DNA of 64,000 nt from Lytechinus pictus (Eukaryota): assembly GCF_037042905.1 (NCBI RefSeq), contig NC_087245.1, forward strand, positions 26,786,001 through 26,850,000. Direction: 5' to 3'. Under the pieces are notes generated by a model. The model did not search any database and was not told the origin of the DNA. It saw only the letters and a program-made list of their open reading frames with translations. The number at the start of each line of letters is the position of its first letter. The stretch's first letter is position 1. This document shows, piece after piece, positions 36,701 to 47,400 of the stretch. Made by a program: the position numbers and the translations under genes.

Positions 36701-39700
36701 GTTGGTCCTTGGTCCTTTCAACCTCAAGAATGACTGTACCTGGGCATTACGATTTGATTTGCTCAACCAGAATACAGATATGGATAATTGGATACATTGA
36801 AAAAAACAAAAACAATAATAATGCTTGTGAATTTGATAGCCTAAATGCAGTTGTTAGAAGGTGCATGACAATATCCGCACATTTTGGACAGGAGTACACG
36901 GTTATTGCAGTAGATCAAGCTCTGCATTGCAGACTTATGGAACTGAAGTGGAGTGTTGATGAATACAATGAAAAGCTGATTCCTCGCCTTGGAGGTCTCC
37001 AAACTAATCAAGTTAAGAGCATATTCAACACTCAGGCAACGGGACTCCTCGCAACGAGTAATCAACCTATGGAATGATTTGCCTTCTGAGGTTGTAAATA
37101 GTAACAGTATAAATTCATTCAAATCAAATCTAGAGAAGGCCTGGAAAACCAAGTTTAATCGTTTCGATCCCGACACAAAATTTTCACAACTTGTCCAAAC
37201 CCACACATACATTGTAAAATTGTTGCGTTCAACAGAGGACAAGTTCAAAGAAGATGCAGAGGGGCAAATAAGTCTTCTATACTTTATGCCCAACATCAAG
37301 GTAAATCAAGGTAAATCACACCTCAATGAATTTCCTCAAGACTACTGGAGATCACATGGCTACTTCTGGTCTAACTGAACTGTGGTTAGAAAGTGGACTG
37401 CTTGGAGAGGGTGCTGTGCAGCTTGCCATGTCAGGGAAGTCATATAACAAGGCCATGAGAGCACATGAAATTACTACTGGAGAGCACATGAAATTACTAC
37501 TGGAGATCACATTGCTACTTCTGGTCTAACTGAACTGTGGTTAGAAAGTGGACTGCTTGGAGAGGGTGCTATGCAGCTTGCCATGTCGGGGAAGTCATAT
37601 AACAAGGCCATGAGAGCACATGAAATTACTTTGCAGGCCTTGTGGAGTGTTTTGTACCCTGAATTCATCTTGTTTGTGGAAACGAAGGAGCCACAATGTG
37701 CTCACTGAGATAAAAACTGTGAAGAACCCAGAGCAGATTGCACAACTGATCACGTATGTGATGCAAGAACAGTTTAACAAAGTTGGCAAAAACTTTGTCG
37801 AAAGTACAAGTAAAGCTGATTATGTGAACTTCAAGTTCTGGTGGAATTACATGGAAACGGTATCAATTCTACTTCAGTTTACTCGAGCAATGCGTGAAGG
37901 AAACTGGAATCTCCATCTCAAATCATTCAGCCAGATGTTGCCCTTCTTCATGAGATATGACCATCTCAATTATGCCAAATGGGGTCCAGTGTACCTAGCG
38001 GAGATGCACCAACTTCCACAATCAGTGCAGTCAGAATTTCGAGAGGGAAACTTTTTTGTCAAACGATCCCTTCATACGTTCAACCAAGTAGGCCCAGATC
38101 ATGCTATGGAATGGCTTCATGACACCAGGAAGAAAGCAGTTGGTATTTATTGGAATAACTTTGTTTTTTTGTATTTAATATTGTCCAAGAAAATAAATCT
38201 GAATCCTGATGTTTTAAATTTTTGTATATCTCTACAAACTGAGCCAACACACCGGAAGATATGAACAATATGTAGTATATGTACAATATCTTACCTTCTT
38301 GACAAGACCTCTACATGTAGCATCTTCATGGTCAGTCTCCAGAGATTCCAGGATATACCGATACAGCTCCACGGAATCCCCATGGTCCAGACATCCCGCA
38401 GCAAGCTTCTCACTGATGGGCACCGAACGATCGCTGTACGCCAGCTCATCCACCATCAACGTGATGAAGAGAGGGGTACGGGTGGCAGGGGTGCGGCAGT
38501 GGGCCAGGGAGAGGGCTTCGTGCTCCGGGGAGACCTGGAGACCGCGGGACTGGCCCAGGGCGTGGATGAGATCCTTGGAGTGGGATGGAGACAGGGGGTC
38601 CAGGTGGAGGGTGGGCCAGGATCTGGAAGGAGATGGAATTGGAGATTGGATTTAGGTCTTTGTAATGATCTAACGGGAAATACCAGGATGATAGTTTATC
38701 AATGACAGCAATGAATAAGAGTAATATGATAAAAATTACAATGAAGTCGAATTATGATGATGATGAAGATGGAGACAATGGATATGATGAAGATAGAGAA
38801 GATGATAGGATGATGATGGTGGTGGAAATGGTGATGGTGGTGGTGATGTTGATGATAGTAAATAATGATGATGATGATAATGATGATGATGATGAAGATC
38901 ATCATCATGATGATGATGTTGTTGATGACAAAGATAGTGATAACAATTATGATGCCATAATGAAAAAGATGCTTATGATAATGATCATAATTTAATCTCA
39001 ACAGTTGATTTTAATTCTTTGTAAATTGCTACAAACATTATAGCTTAAAATGAAAACTCAAGTAATCATGTTATTTGAATATTAATAATATCAACAACCC
39101 TCATTAAAAGAGGCCATCTTCCATTTCCTAAAATAGCTTGATCTAGACGGTAATGTTTGTGGAAATATCAAACTAAATTACTATTACATTCAGAGGATTA
39201 CTTACTTCCATGCAGGTAGGCAGTTTTCTGGATTGGCTGAAGCAATCACTCTGGTATCAACTGGAAGAGGGTCTAATAACCATCCAAGGTGAGAGTCTCG
39301 ATTCTGAGAAGGAAAAAAAAGATGGCCACCTATGTTTTTGCCTTGAATTGTACAACCATACTCTGGGGGCAGGGGGTCACTGCCATTCAACAGTGGACAA
39401 CATCCATGACTTCCAGGAAAACGCGGATAAAGGGGTGTTTTTCACAGGTAGATGCAGAACGAAAATAGAGTGTAAACAAGTAGAACGCCTCTGGCAGTCT
39501 CGCCTGCATTACGTGATTTAATATAGCAGCAGTGCTAACTTTGAAAACTGCTATAAAATAATCATTCAGAAAAACACCATTCATATGATGGCATAATACC
39601 ACGTTCATTGACCATAAATGACATTTGAACGGAGACTTAAGACTGTCAACTACACCCATGTCCACATTTCATTCACTCTATCCATAAACTTACAAAGTTA

Positions 39701-41426
39701 TGATGGCAATTCAACAATTGACCCAACATGGCCTAAGTTTATTGACCTTAACTGACCTTTGACTTGGTTTTGTGACCTGAAACTCACAGGGGATGTTCAA
39801 TGATGCTTGATTACTCTTATATCCCAAGATTTATGAACTAGATCCATAAACTTTCAGAGTTAGGATGGTAATTCAACAAATACCCCCAACACGGCCAAAG
39901 TTCATTGACCTTTAATGACCTTTGACCATGGTCATGTGACCTGAAACTCGTACAGGATGTTCAGTGATACTTGATTACTCTTATGTCCAAGTTTTATGAA
40001 CTAGATCCATAAACTTTCAGAGTTAGGATGGTAATTTAACAAATACCCCCAACACGGCCAAAGTTCATTAACATTAAATGACCATTGACCATGGTCATGT
40101 GACCTGAAACTCGCACAGGATAATCAGTGGTACTTGATTAACCTAATGTCCAAGTTTCATGAACTAGATCCATAAATTTTCAAAGTTATGATGGTAATTC
40201 AACAAATACCCACAACTTGGCCAAAGTTCATTGACCCTAAATGACCTTTGACCTTGGTCATGTGACCTGAAACTCAGGCAGGATGTTTACTAATACTTGA
40301 TTGACCTTATGTTTAAGTTTCATGGACTAGGTCCATATACTTTCTAAATTATGATGTCATTTCAAAAACTTAACCTTTGGTTAAGATTTTGAAAATAATT
40401 TTCCCAACATGGTCTAAGTTCATTGACCCTAAATGACCTTTGACCTTGGTCATGTGACCTGAAACTCAGGCAGGATGTTCAGTAATACTTGATTAACCTT
40501 ATGTCCAAGTTTCATGCACTAGGTCCATATACTTTCTAAGTTATGATGTCATTTCAAAAACTTAACCTTAGGTTAAGATTTGATGTTGATGCCGCCGCCG
40601 CCCCCGCCTTCGGAAAAGCGGCGCCTATAGTCTCGCTCTGCTATGCAGGCGAGACAAAAAAACCTAAAATGAGAAGAAAGCCCCCAGATCCTGATGGCCT
40701 AATAGAGTATGTAATTTGCACCGAATTCAACAGCAAGCCCATCTGGGCTCAAATCCCCCAATATCAACTGTACCAAACACAGGAAAATATCAAAACACAG
40801 TGTATGTTTAGTGCTTGCAGCAGTTGCCCCCAGTCGTTGCTCCCAAGTCCTGTCATTGAATAAGAGTGAGGCCCCCGGGCACACAAAAAAACTTGTTATC
40901 TGATGAAAATGTTGACTTAATTCGCTGAGAGCTTCATCGCATGTTGATTCCTGCATTGACCGTGTTTTTCCTTTTTTTACGCATTAGGCGTCGTTTTAAA
41001 ATAATTTTATAATGAAATCTGTTTAGAGTGTGCAAATCTGCGACATCTGCACAAAATATGTATTTAGAGAGTCCTTACAGCCTGCCCTTGAATCCTCATT
41101 TAGAGTACTTATTTAGGACAATATTTGTGGATGTTGTACACTCTTCAATGGCAGTGACCACCCCCCCCCCCGGGACAGTACTAGAAAATTTCACCATCGT
41201 CATAAAAATCATGATTCTCAACATCAGAATTATAAAAAATATGATCAACATATAATGATATGATATCAACAACATCATCATCATCATAATCATCTTCATC
41301 ATCATCATCATCAGCATCATCATCATCAGCATCATCATCATCACCATCATCATCATCACCATCATAATCATCAACATCATAGTCATCATCATCACCATCA
41401 TCAGCATCATCAGCATCATCATCATC

Positions 41427-41458
<32 letters not shown>

Positions 41459-44400
41459 CATCATCTGCAATATCTAACCTGGAGATTATCCAAGGAATCA
41501 ATGATGATGGTGATACCACCAGCCACCCTCAATGAAACTTTCTCCAACCATTTAGGGAACTCTTCTACCAATCTTGACGGCTCGCAAGACAGAGCAGGAG
41601 GAGAAGAAACATGCTGCATCAACTGAAAGAGATAAAGTTTCAATATATAAAATATATGAGGAATTCATTGAGAGAACAACTTAAGATGACTTGAATGATA
41701 GATGTTTAATTGGAAAAGATATTATCACAATGCATGGATTCGATATATCATTAATTGTGAATACTGTTCTTTTTTGCAGTTTTCAAGGCTATGATTGATT
41801 GGAATAAACTTCCATAAATAGTATGTTACGTTGGATTTGAGTCCTTCATAACTTGTGGCAGTTATGCAAGGCTTGTAATATTGTTGGCTACATGTCATTG
41901 TACAGGTATGTGAATGTAAAACACACCCAGAGATGCACCCTATACCATACACAAAATATTTGAATTATATTAATTGGAATTCTAAGTAAAAAATGTACAA
42001 TAAACTTATAATTGATTGCAAGATTATTTGTATCCTTAGGTTATAGACAAAGGACTGATAACTCAAGTTCTAAGACTTATGGGGTATTGCAAGAAATTTG
42101 CAATTCATCACAAGTATACTTTGGGTCGAAATATTGATCATAAGTATTGCAATTTAAAATTTGCACTTGATTACTGGTATCATCCTTGCAACAAGCATTA
42201 AAAATCTACTTGCTTTAGTTACAATTGATATATCAACTGTAAATCTTCAATTTATTGCAAACATTTAAAGCAACATCCCCCTTCGCAATTTAAATATTTC
42301 AGAGCCATTCACCTGTGCAGTCATTCTCCTGATCATGGTGACAGCGTTGGCACTGGACGAGTTTGGTGACCCGGTGAAGTGATAAAGAACCAAGCCTGGT
42401 GGGGCATCTTTCTGTTTCAGCTGAACCCATTTAGCGAGCAGCAAGGACTTTCCGCTTCCAGGGACACCACTCACCAGGAGAGGAGGTAAGGGACCGGCCG
42501 CTGCTACGTGTTCACTGATGCTCTCATAGTGCTGATAGAAAGACAACACAATTCCATGACATTTGCTCAGATGGCAACTGCTCCACTCTCTATTCCAAAC
42601 ACTAATCAAATGACCAACTTAATCCCTGGATTTATTAGTATATACTACCCTACCGAACCCTAACCATATATTCTACACAAAATAAAGGTGCAAATGCAGA
42701 CCTGCCAACCTCTGGGAATGAAAAACTGCATCTGTGATTAAAAAAATGTATTTTTCCTCCAAAAAGTGTATTTCATAATAAATGCTTGGCGCACTCGCTC
42801 ATCGCGGCGCTCAAGCTGCATGCAAGCTAAAATGCGCACTGCTCTTGCAGATGAAAAAAAAACATTGAAACATGTGTATTTCTTCACCCTGGTTTTAACA
42901 AAATGATTGAAAAAAAAACAAGTTACCTGAAATTACATTGATCTAATAACCATATTTGTGTACAATTAATGAAATAGAGACATATACAGATGATTTTTCT
43001 CAAATTACGATTTTGTAAAAAAAGTATTTTTTAAAGAAAAAACGTACTGCCGTATTTTGGTTGAAAAAACGTACTAAATACGCCTAAAACGTACTGGTTG
43101 ACAGGTCTGCAAATGTAGTGTCAACGATGATACAGTGTATTTCATCTGATTATTTGATGATGATGGCAAAGATAAAATGCTGTTCTAGTATATTGCACAT
43201 GCACATTAGAATTATCATCGACTTCCTAAGAACTTCATCAATATATGAATAAATGATAAAATAAAATCCTTGGAAGATTATAAAACTTGAATACGCATAT
43301 GAATACAATGGCAAGCCATGAAATGCTAATTAATCAGTTCATGGACGGCAATCTTTCAAAATTGCAATGTTTTAATATGTCATGAACAGAATGCTGTATC
43401 ACAAATTCCATTGGCCTCGTGGATTCATTCTCAATTCAAGCAGTCAGCGTAAAAGACACATAACACATCTGATGCATCAAAATATGTTGTGATTGTCATA
43501 ACAATAGTCCCTTATACAGAATAAGATGCATATAATTATAAAGACCACTCATGAGAGACCAGAAAAGTGGTCTTTATGGGCAGATGGTCATTCTGGACAG
43601 GTTCCTTTCATACCGGTTTAAATTTGGAAACCCTTTCAAGGAAAATCTTAATTGTTGTAAAAGTCAGGGGTCTGTTTCATACAACTTGTTATAATAACAA
43701 ATTTACAATAACAGTTAAAAGCTACTGAAATCCTTAAATCTGATTTGGCTGATAGTAAATTTGTTATAAAAATTGTGTATTTATTACAAGTCTTTGTGAA
43801 ATGGGACCCATGTGGTCCTCCTAGATGGTCACTGAGGCAGGTTGGACTGTATAAACAACATCTGGTGGATTACCTTTTCAAAAGTGAGCTCACATGTGGC
43901 TTCCTTAGCGATGTTAGCTAGTATTTCCTGTTGTTCTCCATCTCCATGGATGTCCCATTGCAGTCCACCACATCTCTCTTCTGTACTCTCATCCAGCTCG
44001 CTCTGGAACTCTGATGACATCTCAGAGGTCACTGCAGATTCAATACCAAGCTCCTGAACAAGAGAAGAAATGTCAGAGGTCATAATCAAACACAGCGTAC
44101 TAGATGATATCAATATCATTAACCCTTTTCTGTGCCAAAGACCTTTGACATTACAAGGTTTCAATACAATTACTATGACAATTCCTACATAAATTAATAA
44201 AATTTTATTTTGATATTGTAGGCTTATTTAGAAATAATTACACTTGCTTTAATATATCCTAACACTACACCATATAAGGGTCTCACATCAGAACACCAAC
44301 AGTAAATACTGTAAAAAATTAAGTATCCTATGACAAGTATATGCTCTCAATATTGAATCTTTCTCAATGTACAACTTAGATTAAGCATATTAATCTATAA

Positions 44401-47400
44401 AGTATTTCTGCATGAAGAGTAGCTTCAAAGCATGGTTTCAGAAACACTGAATCATTGAAACGCTGCAAATCTGAATCAGTGTGACTGGTTGTACCAAGTT
44501 CAGTTGAACACAGTAACTGAAATATAATTTACAATGCAAAAATGTGTAATAACTCACCAGTTTGATGATTTTCTCAAGTTCTTGATAGACAGCATCTACT
44601 CTCTCCCTGGTATTCTCTAATCCTTCTAAAATCTTTGCATTTCCACTGTTCTTGATCTGAGTCTTCAGAACTTCAGAACTATTCTCTTCTGGCTCAACAG
44701 ATCTACACAAAGACAAAGAAGTATTATCAAGTTTTAGAAGACAGCATCCACTCTCTCCCTTGTTGTGTAAACCTTCCAAGATTTTCGCGTTTCCACTGTG
44801 CTTGATCTGAGCCTTCAGAACTATTCTCTTCTGGCCCAACAGATCAACACAAAGACAAATATCAGATTTTGAAAGACATCATCTACTCTCTGCCTAGTGG
44901 TGTCTAAACCTCCCATGATTGTAGCAGTCCCACTGTTCTTGATTTGAGTCTTTAGACCTTAAAAACTATTCTCTGTTAACTCAACAGATGTACAATAAAG
45001 AAACATCATTCAGGTTTGGAAAGACAGTTTTTACTTTCGCATACGATCACTGATAGTAATATGATGTTCCCAGAGTGTAACTTACATTATCACTGTCAAT
45101 AAGCTTACCTATCATTGGTAAAACAGAATATGGCTGGCTTGGTCCCAGGATCATGAAGATGGCCAAGTTCAACTTCCTCCAAGGTAAACCTGGATAAAAT
45201 CAATCAATTACAATACATCCAAACTTGTCACTTGTGAAGTGCCATTATAGCTCCTATGATCACATAAGCCAAACTTTATCACCTTTAACAATCCTCTAAC
45301 ACTGCTTCTGTCTCAACCCCGAGAATACTGAGTTATTTCAAAGGTATTAAGAACAAATTAGAAGAAAAGCTCATCTTCCAATGACTTTGCACACATGTGG
45401 CATCACTATGCTTCATCCTCATGTTAATTTGTTCTCCAATACTTGCACAAGATTTTAAAGGGGAAAAAACATCATAAATATTGCAGCTATATTTCTGTGA
45501 GATGAGCTTCGAAAAAAATTGAAACATTGAGGGGGAGCACCATGCCCCCAGTCCTAGGGTTAGATTCTTTGAAGACATGGTTAGGGTCAGGGTTAAATAA
45601 AGTTATGGGCTCAGAACAATTTGAGGATTAGCATAAAAGTTTGGATTATATTTACGGTGACTGTAAGGGATTTGAGATCATGTTTGTGTTTTAGTTTAAT
45701 TTTTGCAGATTTTCTATCATGCCAACTGGCACTCTCGACAAACATGTAGATGACTATTTCTAAATACACTTTGCAATGTAAGCTGATAGATCAGATCCAG
45801 CTCAAGCCATTAAAGAATGAGGCTAAACAGAACTGTCTTAATCTACCATGCTTTCACTAGAGTTTACCATATACATTTTAAAATACCCTTCCTCCCCTTC
45901 AAAAAAAGTATAAAAACCCATGAATGATGCATACATGTACATTGTTTTTTAAATGAGAGAGTGCAATTAAAAACCAAACAGCAACAAAAACTCACCTATC
46001 AACAAGCTCGCCTAAGAAACTGACAAAGATGGTGCAGAACTCAACTTCCCTCTGTCTCACCGAGTGAAGTCTAAGTAGATCCTCATCCAAGAGAGAGGTA
46101 TTTGCACTTTCAGGGTCAAAGGTCAAATGAACAAGAAGCACAAAGCGACCTTCACCATCACCCAAGGAGCGAAGCTTGCTGCCGTAGTCCTGTGTTGTTT
46201 TGTGAAAAAAAAAGCAATAAATGTAAAAGTGAGATATTCAATGCATCCTAAATGATAATTGCAGTTTACATAATGAAACATACAAAGCAAATTTCATGGA
46301 ATTTACTGGAACATAAATAAATTACCAATAAATTATTTTCATACAAAAATCAAGCAAACTTCCACCATATATTTAATTATGATGACCAATCTATATGCAA
46401 TACATAGTTCACCAAGTAATAATTCCACTTCATAAAGAAAATGCATCAGCATGAAACTAGAATACAAGACTAGATGGAAACTAGGCTCATTATGAACACA
46501 CTAACCAATATGGTGACCATTACATTTACATTTTTAGCAGAATATAGGTCTATTTCAATCAGTAAATACTTTTGATATCACATATTATTTACAGATACAT
46601 ACATAAGATTACTCCATCGTTAGATTCTGGCTTATTCACACACAATGCACACCCTTTCTCCACTCCCTGGGGAGTATTCCAACCACAGTTTCCAAACTCA
46701 ATTGCCAGGTACATGTATACTACAGGAGCTTTCATGTCCTACCAGGGGGCCGTTTCATAAAGCTTTTCGTAAGTTAAGAGCGACTTTAAGAACGACTGGT
46801 GATCCTTTCTTACGCGCTAAACCATCGCCAATGAATAAACCATTTACCACAAGAAAGGATCACCAGTCGTTCCTAAAGTCGCTCTTAACTTACGAACAGC
46901 TTTAGGAAACACCCACCAGGTACCTATTTAACACCTGGGTGGAGAGTAGCAAAGTGTGCAAAGGTATCTTGCCAAAGGACGCTCTAGAGGCAATGGTGGG
47001 ATTTGAACACATGACCCACTGATCACAAGGCGTACGTCAGAACCACTATACCACAATGCATCCTTTTCCACTTAATCTGCATTACTTTCAGCCATAAGTA
47101 ATTACAAACCTTCTGTAATAAGGACGCCTCTTCATGCATGTCATGAGGTGCGCATATGTAGACTCTAATCACATTGAACAAGGCAGGACTGGAGAGGCTA
47201 CTCAACATTTGATTGAGTGCAGAGGCTGCAATACCGCTTATCTCTCCTGAATATATTTATAAACAAAAATTAAAAAAAAAGTGATAGTAAACTTCATACT
47301 GTGATTACAGTAAAGTACATGTATATATTAGTCAACATTCCATACATTAAATAATAGCCAAAACAATTTTACAGACATTGTTATGAAAATTGTGTTATTT

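Noticed and set aside
29326..40863. Related ORFs starting [13 protein letters not shown] (29326, 40543)
   Set aside because: Both begin in the HINE terminus and run into unrelated sequence.
38699..41519. Poly-Met/Asp/His/Ile ORFs
   Set aside because: Translations of intronic (GAT)/(CAT) microsatellites.
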